A stretch of DNA of 64,000 bases from Paraspadella gotoi (lineage: Eukaryota > Animalia > Chaetognatha), in contig CM119263.1 in NCBI GenBank assembly GCA_051294375.1, positions 21,202,268 to 21,266,267 of the forward strand, in the 5' to 3' direction. Positions 1-14,153 of this stretch are shown here, piece by piece. Every line of letters starts with the position of its first letter. Within the stretch, counting starts at the first letter, position 1. A program made the translations under genes and the position numbers. A model generated the notes under the pieces. The model made no database searches and was not told where the DNA came from. It saw nothing but the letters and a program-made list of their open reading frames with translations.

Positions 1-830
1 CCATGTCAACCTCCCTTACCACCAGGGAGTCACTGAGCCGCTGGTGTGGGTGTTAAAACCATGCAGGGGATTTCCACCTCAGTGACGGCTCGTGGTTCGT
101 TACGCGAATTACTGGTGAAACCGAAGGACAAAATCTCCAAGCCCAGCTCGTCAGGCGCTGTCTACATAGCAGCCTGTGCGGGGGCAGGCAACCACAGCAG
201 CATACGTGGTTGACACAGGGAAGTCTCTCAAACCTCCCTCTGGAGACTCAAATGGCCATTTTCTGTCAGCAGTGGCAGAACATGCGCATAAAACAGGCCA
301 TCTATTTAGAGAAACTGACTGTCTCATGCTGGGCAAAGATGACAACTGGTACACAAGAGGTATTAGAGAAAAAATTTACATCAAAGCCCTCGAGCCCGCT
401 TTGAACCGTGATGGGGGGCGATTCCAGCTGGTGTGGTGGTTCGCCCTGAACCATCAAAGCCCCACAACAACTCCCCTGTCCCAACTCAACGGAACAGAGG
501 GAGACCTTCCCTGGCACGTCAGCCTCCTCAGCTGTTGCAACTCAGGATGACTCTCCTCATCCTGGGCGCCCACCAGAAAAGACGGCTTCAGCTGGAGGAT
601 GGCGGAGTCCCAGAGCCAGCCCCAAAGCAGGCAAGAAGGGGACCAGGCCCACCTTCTCAGCAGAGGAGAGGAGGGCAGGCTGCAGGGGTGACAGGTCTTG
701 TTGACATAAAGGTCGCGTTGGGCCTAATCCCTGACACCACCCGGTCTCATACCAATGACCATCCCAATGACCAGCCCTAATCTGCCACTGACCCTCATTT
801 GACTGCCCAAAAAGGGGGAGGGGGCCATCT
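1..830 (+). mobile_element. Penelope-like retroelement 3' fragment (degenerate GIY-YIG endonuclease)
   Basis: Frameshifted translation LPYHQGVTE...LLVKPKDKI...GAVY..AC...YVVDTGKSL...SAVAEHAHKTGHLF...[25 protein letters not shown] matches the C-terminal GIY-YIG domain of PLEs. A related copy lies at 41000-41460. Confidence 0.85.
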
Positions 831-1638
831 CAATATAAGCTTGGAAGATTTTGTGACCTCGCGTCCGGTCATTTTCCCTGGTCATTTAGTTGACCTTTTC
901 AGACCAGTCTTTTCACCGTTCTAGTCGCTTTCTTGTAACTTTCTTTTAGCCGAAAACCTCGTCACTTGTTATTCGATCATAATCGTTTCTCTGGAAAAGA
1001 TCGACTGTATGGAACGGAATCCAAAGATTTTCTACATGAACTTATTGTACTACATTATTTCGCCATTTATATACCTCTACAATAAATAAACTTATTCACG
1101 AATTATTCGTCATTTATTCGACATTTACGTCATTCGTACATTATAATGTTAACATGCTGTTTTATATAGTATATAACTATATATTATATCTATAGCGTTA
1201 CGAACTAGAGCCCAAAAAGTATTTTTCTCTCTTTGGGCACAAAGTAATATAAAGGGTTAATGAGTCCATTAACGGGTTTGATTACGAAGCGCAAGGGTCG
1301 GAAACAAAACATGGGACTCGTGATAATATGAGACCATAAGAGGGGTGGGGTGGATTGATGATATAGCTGGGGGGAGGGGAGTTTCGATTCTCTCACACAT
1401 TCCCATTTTTGAAAATGGGAAACGGGAATGGGTCGTGGATTCGAAGATGGATACTTTTATTGCGATGGAGTTTTCCGTTTGGAAACATTCGGATACTCAA
1501 ACCGGGGAGGGGGGCGGTGAGAGGAAAGAAAAACTCTCGGCAATAACCGAAATTGTTGGAATAATGTTATGGGTTGTGGCTTTGAAACGATTCGTTTTGA
1601 TCGCGGTTTCACCCTCAGAAGTGAAGTAAAAGGTCACG

Positions 1639-1692
<54 letters not shown>

Positions 1693-2086
1693 ATTTAGAG
1701 GACGAGAGAGAGAGAGAGAGAGACGATGTATGCGCTTACGAAATTGCTTCTTTATTTATTTTATCCAGTTACTTTTAAGGACTTCCCCGTTGGAATATTA
1801 TTGTTTTTTTCTTTGTTCAATTGTTTTTTTTTCTCACGAATATCGTGATATTTTTTAAGTCAAGAAAATTCTTCTTGCTTCAAAAGATGCCTCGACACGC
1901 GCTGATGCTCTTTGAAAGTTTCCCTTTCTATTTCTCCAACGAAAGTGTCAAAACTGTTAAATAAAAGACTCTCATCTCGTGACGAAGTTGACGAGCAACG
2001 ACTTGACATTTAATTTCCTCCCTTTTTCCTCCACTCTCTTTCCACCCAACAACCCATCGCCATCCCCCTTCCCTCTCCCATCGCAG

Positions 2087-2224
2087 AAAGCCGGTCCCCG
2101 TAAAAAGTGCGCCGCGTGCAAGATCATTGTGCACGCGGGAACTTGCATGTGCAGTCTGGAGAGAATGGGATTCAAGTGCAAGTTGACTTTCCGTGATACA
2201 GGCTCGCTACGAACCAACAGGGAT
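2087..2224 (+). CDS. DGKZ: DGK exon: end of first C1 domain
   Basis: cag|[46 protein letters not shown]|gtaagt. Confidence 0.92.
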
Positions 2225-3388
2225 GTAAGTTCCAAGAAAATTTCTTAGCGTTTCACTTTAAAAATTCTATTTTTAGATCCGACACGAAAAAAAGCTGTCT
2301 TTACATTTTTACCTTTTTTTAAATTTTCTTACTCCAATCTGAGTTCACATTGAAAGACCCTTAAAATTGGGGGCGAATTTGATCACTCTCTTTTCTTTCA
2401 CAGTCTCAATCTGTGATACGCCATCACTGGGTTCACCGGCGACGCCAGGATGGAAAGTGCAATCAGTGCGGAAAATCTTTTCAGCAAAAATTCGCCTTTC
2501 ACAGCAAAGTGAGTCTGTGAGAGGGACTTGGTGAATCCGATTCTTTCATTTCTTTTTTTTTTCTTTAAACGAAAATTTGATTGACTTTCTATATAACCCT
2601 TAACTCCAGGAAATTATCGCCATCGCTTGCTCATGGTGCAAAGCGGCCTACCACAACAAAATCTCCTGCTTCATGATGCAGCAGATAGAAGAGCATTGCA
2701 ACCTCGGGGTCCTCGCCGGCATCATTGTCCCGCCGACCTGGATCATAAAAGTCCCGCCAAAGAAGCAGGTTGAGGGTGATGATGTTGATGGGGCTGGGGC
2801 TGCGGATGGGGCTGGGGCTGGGGCTGGGGCTGCGGATGGGCATGACGTCAATTGCAAGAACTTAATTTTTTTTCTTCCGATTTCTCATTGGTTTCAATTA
2901 TTAAAATTTCTCGTTACCTTTAGTTCTTCTTCTTTCTCCTTTATCTTCCATCATTATTTCTCGTTCTCCCACGTTCTTCTTTTTTCTCTTTTGACCTTTC
3001 TTATTCGTTCTACTTCGTTCTCCATCGTTCTTCTTTCTTCTCTTTTGACCTTTCTTATTCGTTCTACTTCGTTCTCCCACGTTCTTCTTTGTTCTCTTTT
3101 GTTTTCTCCTTTTGTGTTTGGGTCTTTGAAAAATCTCCGTTCTTGCAGTAAAACAAAAAACAAAAAGTTTGTTTACTTCAACTCCAATCCCGAAAAAAAA
3201 GAAAAGGAAAAAGAAAAAGAAAAATAAAGAGCGAGAGAGAAAATTGAGGCATATATTATTTGTTAGTATTTCTGAGTCAAAACCTTTTTCTGAATGAAAA
3301 AGGGTTCGTTTTGCTGTAGGGTTCAAGTCAGTGCGAGAGAAGGAGGGCAAGAAAAAAGGAAAAATCGAGAGAGGGAGGCAAAAGATTG

Positions 3389-3447
<59 letters not shown>

Positions 3448-6400
3448 ACTCAGTTTTCTTCAGACGCCACAAGAGAGAATCTTTTATTTATTTAATGAAA
3501 TTAATTACAAACAATAATTAAAAAAAATGAAAAAGAGGGAAACTTGAAGACGAGAATAACTTTTTTTCTTTTAAGACTTACCCTATTGTATAAATTATTG
3601 TTAGAATATACATGTAAACTTGTAAATACTTTTTCCCCAGTGAATAGAAAGCACAGGCAGCAACGCAAGCCGTTCACCGTCAATCTAAACACAAAAGGCC
3701 TATTTCTCTATTCCTCTCCAGTCTCCCCTCTACCGCTTCTTCCTTACCGCTCCCTCTTGAATTATTCACCGCGCAAACTTTTAAAAAATTCAAATCCTGA
3801 TAATGCGGTGGAGGATTTTTCGAGTCCGGAAAAAATTTTCAAGGTTTCTCCTTCCTGCGACTGCCGACGCCCTTCGAAGGTAAACTTTTTTAAAAGTCAC
3901 CGTATTATTTTCAAACATCGGCAGACCTATAAAAAATTGGTATATCAGATTTCCGGAAAAAATTACCTCCAGCCCTAAACGGCTTCACCTTTCGATTTCG
4001 AATCGACGAACGGCGCCCCTGAGTATGAGGATCGAAGGGTTTTTTCGTTATATTCAGCTAGAGCGGACATTTAAATTCCAAGGATTCGTTATGTATAGAC
4101 CACGAAGATACGACGCGGATACAACGTTGATATGCACCAACGTTCGACGCACGGGCTTCCCCAAGCCGACTTCTCGCCCGATGAGTCCATAGTCTTTAAA
4201 GCACGGCAAAAATTCGGCGCAGGCCAAAATTAAGGCGCTGGATGCGGATCAACCGAGATCTCCCCAAAAAGGCCAATAAGAGTAAACTTTTTGAGGTATA
4301 CTCTTTTTAATCAGGGAGGAGAAGTAGCTATCATAAATTCTCGAAAGGACAGAGGTCCATTGGTAAAATTATAATCTGTAAAAAAAATTTAAGCGAAAAA
4401 AAGTTTTCAAGCGAAAAAAATTCCAGCGAAAAAAGTTTCAGCGAAAAAAACCGAGCGGACATTTTGTTTTTTCATTCGGGCAGAGATGAGAGCGAGAGTC
4501 GAGAGTGAGCGCTGACGCTATATGTTCGGATGCCGTCTGTTCACATGGAGAGAGTAGTCACCTCGATTATTTATCTGCTTTATCGCTAGATTACTTTTAG
4601 AGCTACTGTCACCTCTCTTGCAGTATTCCGGCGTAGATACTGCATCTTTTTTTCTCGAGATTCGGTAATCTTACTGTGTGTTGGATTTCAAATACCTGTG
4701 ACTTATTATTTTAATATCTCACTACAGACATTTATGTCTGAATGAATATTTTATTTCTCACAAAGTCCAAGGCAAAAGACTTCTCCTCTCCTCCTGGTGC
4801 TTCAAGAACGCGGACGGAGTCACCCTTCGGAGGACACTACACTCACTCTGCGATATCTGCTAGGAATCGTCGGATCCGCTAGGAAAGTTTCGAACCATTT
4901 CTCCGATCTCGCAAGCTCCTGATCCTCTCGTCTCGAACGATAAGTTGCTAAAACTTGACATAGGCGTGGCTTGCAATACTAAAGAAATCGTAGATCATAC
5001 GCATAAATCTATGTTACACAAGGGATAACTCGGTGTCTGTATGCGGACGCACAGCAGTTTGTAGTGCAATCTCTAATTCTCTGGATCTTCTGCCACAATT
5101 TAGACCTCTTTTTCTCCGTCCTGCGATAATTCCACTTTAACACCACTATTACTTCATACCCTACACTATCTCCTACATACCGTCCGTATATAAACGCACG
5201 TTTTTCGTAGGCCTAATTTTATTTTCATCGGTTTTTAAAATTCGAAGAAACATAATTTTTTCTCTCAACGGTTAATTTTTTTCGGAATTTTTTTTACAGC
5301 GTTCTTTCTCTCTCTCTCTGCTCTCTCTCTCTCTCTCTCTTTTTTTTCTTTCTTTTCTTTTCTTTTTCTTACTTATGAATGAAGAAACCGGCGTGTTTCG
5401 GAGAAATTTCACCAATTCGAAAGCAGTTATCTCAAGGCCATGGCGAAGCATATCCGCAACATCGATGCTCCCCTCTGGCCGAGCTCAGAACAAGATCGCT
5501 GCTGGGATAGAAAAGATTGGTGGAACTTCGCGTCGACGAAAAGCGCAGAGAGGCGAGGCAAGAAAAGCGTCGTGCTCATCCACAGCACGGAAATAGAGAA
5601 GAGAGGACGAGCCACGGGAACTGGTGCGCCCGAACGAGCATCATGCTGCACGCGGGAACTTGCCATGTGGCAGTCTGGAGAGAAATGGATTCAAGTGCAA
5701 GTTTGACTTTCCGTGATACAGGCTCGCTACGAACCAACAGGGGATGTAAGTTCCAGGAAAATTTCTTAGCGTTTCACTCTTAAAAAATTCTATTTAGACC
5801 GACAAACGAAAAAACTCAAGATCCTAGAAAGGATACTCCGGTCACCCCACTCGGGCGCGGGGTGGGGGGGTCAAGGGGGAAAGAAAAAGAGAACGCGAGG
5901 ACACGGGAAAAAAAAAAAAGGCTGTCTTACATGTCGTTTGTAGCGCGTATATACTCGTCTTTATATACAAATTGTGTTCTTTCACGACGCCATATCCTGA
6001 GTCTCAAGGACGCGGATAATAAGCGTTCCTCCTACAAGAAGACGCTTCGCTCAAAGGAGCAAGGGGCTTAACGAAGAGAGTCGACTAAGGGTCTTATTTG
6101 TCCCGCCTATACAATCTAAAAAGGAATCGGGTCGCGGCATGCGGCAGGTTGAGCCGAGAATATCTTCGTTAATTTTACGCACGAGCTTCTCAAAAACCCT
6201 TCAGGCGTCCTTGCGCTGCGTACTCAGAGAAAGGCCGCCGAGTTTCGCCGTCTGTCCTTCCTCTTCTCTTTCCCCTTCGACGAAAACGGGCTCCGCGTCG
6301 TCAAAAATTAACGACTTCTCTCTCTCGGTCTCTCTCATCTCTCTCTCTCTTCATCTCTCATTTCGACGTCCTCGTCCTCGTCCTCGTCTCGTGTTCTCAT

Positions 6401-9400
6401 CCTCCACCATCGTCGGAACAAAATTATAAATAACGCCTCTCTCTCTCTGCTCCTCTCTCTCTCTCTCTCTCTCTCTCGATCCTCGGCCGTCGATAGCTTC
6501 GACGTTCCTCGTCCTCATTGGAGATTGACCCGCCCCACTTCCCATCGTCGTTAGACAGAAATTAACCAAATTAGACAGCAAAAATCTCTCTCTCATCTCT
6601 CTCTCTCTGCTCTCTCTTCTGGGCTCTCTTTCCCTTCCTCTCTCTCTCTCCTCTCTGCCTCTACTATTTCTTGGCGTGGGTGCGAATTTGTCCACAGATC
6701 CGACTCTATCTTTCTTTCACAGTCTCAATCTGTGATAGCCGGCGCATCAGCTGCGCGGGGGGTTCAACACCGCGAGCGGGAACACGGTAATCGCAGCCAG
6801 AGGACGGAAAGTAGCAATCAGTGGCGGAAAAATCTTTTCACGGCAAAAATTCGCCTTTTTGCACAGCAAAGTTTGAGTCTGTGAGAGGGACTTGGTGAAT
6901 CCGAAATTCTTTCATTTCTTTTTTCTTTTCCGCTCTCTCTCCTAAACCCAAATTCTGATGTCTGACACGCTTGCCGCTATATAAGCCTCTCAATTCCTCG
7001 CCCTCCACGAACATACGAGAATCCCGGGCCCAGAGTCCACGCGTTCGCTCTCATTAAATATAGATCGTCGGGTGCAAGGCGAAGACACGTCCTATCCCAC
7101 CACAATCGACCAGATCTCTTTTCTGTTTCAATTGATTCACGCACCCGCAGATCGAGTAGTTTGTGCACATACGCGGAGCACGGACCTCGCGTCTATCTAG
7201 TCCGAGAGAGAGAATCACTTGTCCCGCCGACACTGGAGAAACATAAAATGAGTACACCTCGTCACCATAATAGCACGACAGGTTGATGTGAAAGAATAGA
7301 TTAAGAAAGCGCGACGAACACAGGAGAGTCTTGTCCAGGGATGGGCTGGGCTGCTGGCTCTGAGTCGGGCGATCGGAAGCTTCTCGGTGAGCGCTAGAGC
7401 ATATCAACAAGCGCGATGGAACAGGAAAGAGAGTAGAATTTGACCGGAGAGTAGAGGGACTATATAGTATTTTTTGCTGCTGTGTGATTTTTCTCTTTCT
7501 AATTCGAGTATTCTAAGAGTTCAAATTATTCTCGTGTGTCTCATCTTTTTCGAATGTGTCACGGCTCGTTACTGTATATTCATCTACGATTTGAGTATCT
7601 AACAACAAGTATATAAAATTCGTGCTCTCGGAGTGGTACATAGCTTTTCGCCCTCCGACGATCGAATTTAAAGAGAAGAGACGTGCCTGGCGGGCGTTTT
7701 TCGAGGGGAAGAGGGCCTTCGCGGGGGAGAAAAGCGGCGTCGATAGTTTCCGCTCTCGCGTGCGCGCGCGATGCGAGAGAGAGAGAGAGAGAGAGAGAAG
7801 AGAGAGAGAGAAAGGAAAGAGAGCGAGAGAGAAGAGACCGCAGGTGCAGATAATGTATGAGAGAGATAAGATGAGATCTTTTGCGTCGCTCTAATTTTTC
7901 TTCTCCTTGAGCCTTTCTTATTTCGGTTCTAACTGTGTCTTCGCATCGTAAATAATGACGACGATGGCTCCTGTTAATCATAGGCTCCTGTGTGAAAACG
8001 CTGAAGGAATCTCCGTGTAAGGTCGTTTCTAAAAACGTCCGAAGATCGTACCGGCGAGGATCGATGTTCGTTCTCCAGAGCAGAGAGAGGAGAGAGTAAA
8101 GAGGCGAGAGAGAGAGAGGCCGCTATTATTTTTTTGTCCCGCCGATGGTCCCAGAGGAGGGATTGTATGTAACTGATGCACCGTCGAGGTTAACCCGAGG
8201 ACGAGGAACGCTCGACTTTGGGTATGAGCCTCTAGTATTCGACGATTGCCTGAAGAGTTGTAGTAGTGGAGAGGAGAGAGAGAGCAGAGAAAAGTCGTTA
8301 ATTTTTGACTCGACGGCGAGCCGTTTTCGTCGAAGGGGGAAAGAGGAAGAGGAAGACGACGGCGAAACTCGCGGCCTTCTCTGAGTACGCAAGCGAAGGA
8401 CGCCTGATATGTGTGTTGTGGTATAATATTGATGAGTGCCTGCACGTGAAACAAAAACAAAACGTTTGTTTTACTTTCACTCACCACGAAAAAAAAGAAA
8501 TAGGATGAAATGATAAACGAGAATAATTCTGGCTCAACCCGACGAATGCAGGCCAACCGAAAGAATACCCTTTTAAGAATTATTTAATAGCGGGGGCGGG
8601 ACGAAGAGTAGAAAGAGAGATTGAGACGGAGTGGGCAATACTTATCTTTCGATAAAGCCCTTTGCTCTTAGTTGAAGCTGAGATCTGTCTCGGGAGTCTA
8701 TAGATAGACCGGAACGCTTTTCTGTAAAGTGAAATAATCAGCTCGCTGGGAGCCTTCCCAAGATCCGTTAGTCTCGGCGTTTCTTCGTTCGCCCGCCTCG
8801 TGTTTAACCCGGGGTTCAACGTGTCAGTTTCTGTCGAGACGAATCTTGATGGTGCCAATTTCGCACCATATGAGAGAGAACCGCCCGAAACAGAACCCGC
8901 GCCCGAGGAGCATTCTTTCTGGATCTTGTGATTGATTGAGGGGGAGGCGCAAGAAACGAAAGATGCTGGATATTGCTTCTCGGCCCACCTTATACCTCGT
9001 TTGAGACGACCTGATGCATTGCCTGGACCGACCGTAGATGCACTGCGCACGCATATTATGACGTTAGCGACACGGAGAGGAAGAGATGGAGTAGAGAAGA
9101 GAGATCGCACAACCAGAGAGTTGAGGAGAGAGCGCCTCACAGCATATTGCTGCCACTCTTGAGGAGCCGTTCGCAGCCACCGAGCTCGATGTTTGCGTTC
9201 TTGCCAAGGGCACAGTAGAAGACTGATTTATTAACTAGTTAATGTATAACGTATAATATTGTTGAACAACAAATAATTGAATTTCATACACAGAAATAGG
9301 AACAACAGCACCGGTGAGGGTTAACACTTCACTTCATGTAAGGATAACGAGAGAAATAAAAACTGTAAAAGATAATTAGTTATATACTATGTAATAAAAG

Positions 9401-12400
9401 AGCTTTACCCACTATTGTAATAAATTTAAAGAATATAGACATGTTAAAGAGCAGTAGAGGAAAGATAGCACGTAGTATTGACGACGCACAAGCCAGATGA
9501 TAGTAAAAGCACAGGAGAGCAGAACATTCAGCACGAGACACTTAATCCAGCGGAGAGAATACATAAATAACAGTAATATGTGCTCCGAATTATTTTAAAT
9601 CTAAACCTGCTCGCATCCGAATTTACTCCCCTCTACCGCTTCTTTCCTTACCGCTCCTCTTGAATTATTCACACGTGAGGAGTGTGAGCGCAGAACAAAT
9701 CGTCGTTTTTATAAATAAACCGATTCAAATCCTGATATGCGGGGTAGAGAGGTATGAGAAGTGAGATTTTTTTAATATTTTTCGACGGTCTAGCGCCGGG
9801 CAAAAAATAGTTCATAGAGTCGAGATTACTACACTTACAGATATATATTAAATGATCAATTTTGCATTGTCCTGCTATTTAAGTAAGCTACTCTGTTTCT
9901 CCCTTCTGTTACATCTGTCGTTTAATTATTGTTTGTTACGTATGTCTTCTCTGTCTGAGTCAGATCCGCATCTTTCACATGATGTGATATCGAGGAGGCT
10001 CGACGAGAATCGGTGTCTGCGTGTCTGGATATCCACTTATAGCTCGGATCCCACCGGATTATCCTATATAAGCGCTTTCTAGATTCGAAATAGTTATACA
10101 GTGACCGAGTCCGCCCGCGAGGATGTTTTTGCGTGTTGTAAATTAGCAACGATTTAGGGTTAATAATAGTCTCCCCCCCTCCCGGCCTTATTGTGTGTTA
10201 TCTCTTAACGCCCTTTTATGTTTTGTCGATTTGAAAAGAAGCGATTCCACGCGCCGACTCTGACATTAAATATCGTCTAGTTGACCTCGTACTCTCTCGC
10301 GCATCCTCCGTCATGTTCTCTCTTCCCATTTCGACGCAGGTCTGCTCTATGTCTGCTCTCATCATGCTGCAGCGATCTCGATCTCTACGCGAATGTCTCA
10401 CACATACATACCCAAGCCAGCCATCTCCGCTGTCTGAGTTTAATCTCTGGTTTCGCTCTGAAAACTTCTCTCTGTATCTCAGCTCTCTTGGTGCGATTTT
10501 TTTCTATCTGCCTCTTGAACAATCACTTCTGTTTTCTGCGTTGTATATATCTCTCTCCTCTTACACAAGATATATCGGTTTCACGGGCGCGAAGACTCGT
10601 CTTTGAGAATTTACTGAATATGATTTCTTCGGCGCGATTAAATACATAGTCAGTATACCCATCAAAGTTTTACTATTGGTGGGGAGATCCGGGTGCCGAA
10701 TTCAGCGTTAATTTGGCCGGGCTGCCGAAATTTTGGTAAACGAAATGGATATCGGGAGAAGTGCGTGGGGCGTCGAACGCTGGTGCCATATTTACAACGT
10801 GTTATCCGCTGGTCGTATCATTTTCTTCGTAGTTCTATCTCACTCTCACTTACATCCGTTCAACTCTCCTCTTGTGAATAAATGCGCTCAGCTGTCTCAC
10901 ACATTACACGAAAGTAAACCCTTCGATCTAATCGGCGCGCCGTCGTAGCGTTATTTCCGAAATCGAAACGGGTGAAGCGTTAGGGCTGGGTGTATTTTTT
11001 CGCGAAAATCTGATATACCCAATTTTTCTTTGAGGTTGCGACTCGTTGAAAATAATACGGTGACTTTTAAAAGTTACCTTCGAAAGAGCAGTCGCGTCGA
11101 CCGATACGACTATGGCGACTTGAGGGATCTCGTTTTTCGGCTGAAGACGTGTCGAAGAATAGGATGCTTCCGACTCGCCCTGATGGTAAGCTATATTCGA
11201 AGCAATCGGATATTTATTAAATTCGTACCTAGCATTTTTTTTCGCCAATGTGCTTCCCAATCATTAGGTTATAACTCGGGTTCAACGACGACCTGCTTGA
11301 GCAATGATGGACATTGTCGAGGATTTCGTTATTTGAAGGTGGCCGGTGGTGATGTCCGAAAGTATGGGGAAGGCCGTCGACCCTGCTCTTTTCGTAGGCT
11401 CACTAACTCACATCGTCCATCCATGGAAAGCATCTCAGTCTTGCTGCCGTGCACGAAAGGGCAAGCTGTGATCAGAATGGGGGCTACGCTATACGGTACG
11501 TGGGAAAGTGTTTGTGGTTTCGAGGCGTTCCTTGAAACCGTACAGCAGCCGTGTCCGCTCGGTAGTAACTGGGGTTTTACCTCTCGTAATAACAGCCTTA
11601 ATAAATTTCCTTTCGTTCTCACACCAATTGGCTTATCCATGTTTCATCAAAGCATGGTCCAACCATGATGTATAACCGCGTGACAATTATCTGCGCCGTT
11701 AGAGACTGTCACCTAAACGATATCCAAATTTTTAACAATTGAGGCGTTGGTATTGCGCGAACACCGACCGATAGTGTTTGACCGCCGACTGCGGGCAACT
11801 ATAGGCGTATTATCCGCCTAGTAATCTTAACAGTGGAAGTTTTCATGTAGGAATCCCGAAATTGATGAAATTCGTTCAATGGGCTCCCGTTTGAAGACCG
11901 ATCTGGGAAGACTTGGAGTCGAGAGGAATTGAGGCTTCAACTCTAAAAAGTAAGCGCTGTCCGTATTGATGATCCACTCATGCTCTTGTCAACACGTTCA
12001 AGTCGCTTCATCCACGCACGTCGTGGCCGAGTGATCCATCAATTGCTAACGCCATTCTCCCTTTTAGTCAAAATCGAAAATCTTTTCCCTGTTTTTTTTT
12101 TTATTTTTTTTTGAGTTTTTTTTTTTTTTTTTTTTTTGAAGCGTTTTTGTGTCCTGACTAGTTTGGAGATCTCTTCCCTTCGACTTCTGACTACGATGCG
12201 GGATTCTGATCAGTGATCGTTGCAGAGTCCCTCNNNNNNNNNNNNNNNNNNNNNNNNNCTCCTGTCGCGTTTTTTTTTTTTTTTTTTTTTTTCTGTTTTC
12301 TTTTCCCGTTTTTTGTTTGTTTGCTTTTTTTCAATGTTTACTTTCGGGCACTGCATTTTTTTATAATTCCGCATGCCTATGTTCTACGTCTGTTCTACGT

Positions 12401-13613
12401 CTGCTCTCGTCTGCTGCTCTCTCTGCTCTCTCTCGGTTTCGACAAGAATAGTTCCTCCGTCTTATCTGAGATCGCGAGTGGGCGAAGTGTCAACCAATCA
12501 AAACCGAGAGCTCCTGTCAAAACCAATCACAAAAAAAGATCTTATACTAAGATTTTACCTCAGAAATTTCTCTTTCTGAAATCAATATTATGTGAGGAAA
12601 TCTAATGTTTGTTGACACTCTAGCCTGATTTTCGTCACGTTGAATTTAATTTTACAATTATCTAAAAAAGATAACATGCATTAGATAAAATATAGGAGCC
12701 GACGTCGTTCTTAGAGATCGAGGAAGATATTTTTAATGGAGATTTTCGTTCAAATCTGACTACCAAACAATATCATTTAAGTAAGAAGACAGGGATTTCA
12801 GCATGAAACCAAAGTGAAATTTATTTAGAGAAAATAGACAAGAAGAGAGATTTGGCTCTCCTCCCTCCACTGGAAGCAGTGCAGAGTGGGTTACAATCTG
12901 GGGGGCTTGTAGTCGAGCATAGCAAAGTTCACCCCGCCCGCATGACACCTTCAGTCGTGACCCAGTGGCTCATTGAGTAAAGCCATCAGATCATGACCAC
13001 TAGGTACCGGGTTCAATCCCAACCCGGTACCTACCCTGCGGGTAGTGTGAGGATGGCCGAAAACCGCCTTGGGGGGCGTGGAAAACCCTCAATCCAAGCC
13101 CAGGACCCGTTCCATGGCTGCTAGAGGGGGTTATAGAAGTTACGGATAGTGATCTTCAGCCCACTTAGCGCCTTATCCACAGACTTACTACCAATCTTCC
13201 CTTTAATCCTCCACCATACCTCCACGCCACTCTCTCCCACCTTATTACCCCCACTAGGTCTCCAACAAAGCCTCTGGCAAGAGACGAAAGCGCGGATCTT
13301 CGGTCAAGCGGCGCTGCGTCAAGAAGATGGCAACCGGCGGCGGATCCGTTTCTGGCGGAGGCGGCGGCGGCGCTGGAGGGAATTGCGGCCCGGCGCCGGA
13401 TAGCGCGGAAGGGGGTGGCGTCGGGAGTGGGTCTTCGACTGCGCCGTCGCGAGCCTCTCATCCAACGTTCTTCGTGAAGCCGATGCCATCGCCGAGTCTG
13501 AAACCTTTGCTTGTCTTCATCAATCCTAAATCAGGTCGTTTAAATCATTAATGTTTCTTTTTTTTGTCTTAATCTTAAAATAATACAGTTTTTGGGTTTT
13601 TTAAATATTATTT

Positions 13614-13644
<31 letters not shown>

Positions 13645-14119
13645 TNNNNNNNNNNNNNNNNNNNNNNNNNNNNNNNNNNNNNNNNNNNNNNNNNNNNNNN
13701 NNNNNNNNNNNNNNNNNNNNNNNNNNNNNNNNNNNNNNNNNNNNNNNNNNNNNNNNNNNNNNNNNNNNNNNNNNNNNNNNNNNNNNNNNNNNNNNNNNNN
13801 NNNNNNNNNNNNNNNNNNNNNNNNNNNNNNNNNNNNNNNNNNNNNNNNNNNNNNNNNNNNNNNNNNNNNNNNNNNNNNNNNNNNNNNNNNNNNNNNNNTT
13901 ATTTATTTATTGATTTATTGATTTATTGATTTATTTATTTATTTAATTTATTTTTAATTCATATCATTCATTCATTCATTCATTCATTCATTCATTTATT
14001 TATTTTATTTATATATTTATTATTTTTCATGTATTTATTTATTTATTTTTTGATTTCTTTTCTAGTTTCTTCTTTTTTTTTCTTAACTACGTTTACTTTT
14101 TAAGAATTAAACACCAGTG

Positions 14120-14153
<34 letters not shown>

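Noticed and set aside
2673-3350. 184-aa and 149-aa ORFs
   Set aside because: Only the first ~32 codons are DGK exon. The rest is intron read-through across GGGGCT and 54-bp repeats.
5640-6910. Possible duplicated or alternative C1-domain exons
   Set aside because: They carry dense 1-bp indels in a low-quality region and are best explained as read noise.
6139-8560. Inverted pair encoding a basic Ser-rich peptide ([23 protein letters not shown])
   Set aside because: There is no recognisable homology and frames disagree between copies. The real MARCKS-like exon is at 13258.
11030-12060. 212-aa ORF and balanced-GC segment, possibly a retroelement remnant
   Set aside because: No RT, endonuclease or other motif could be identified with confidence.
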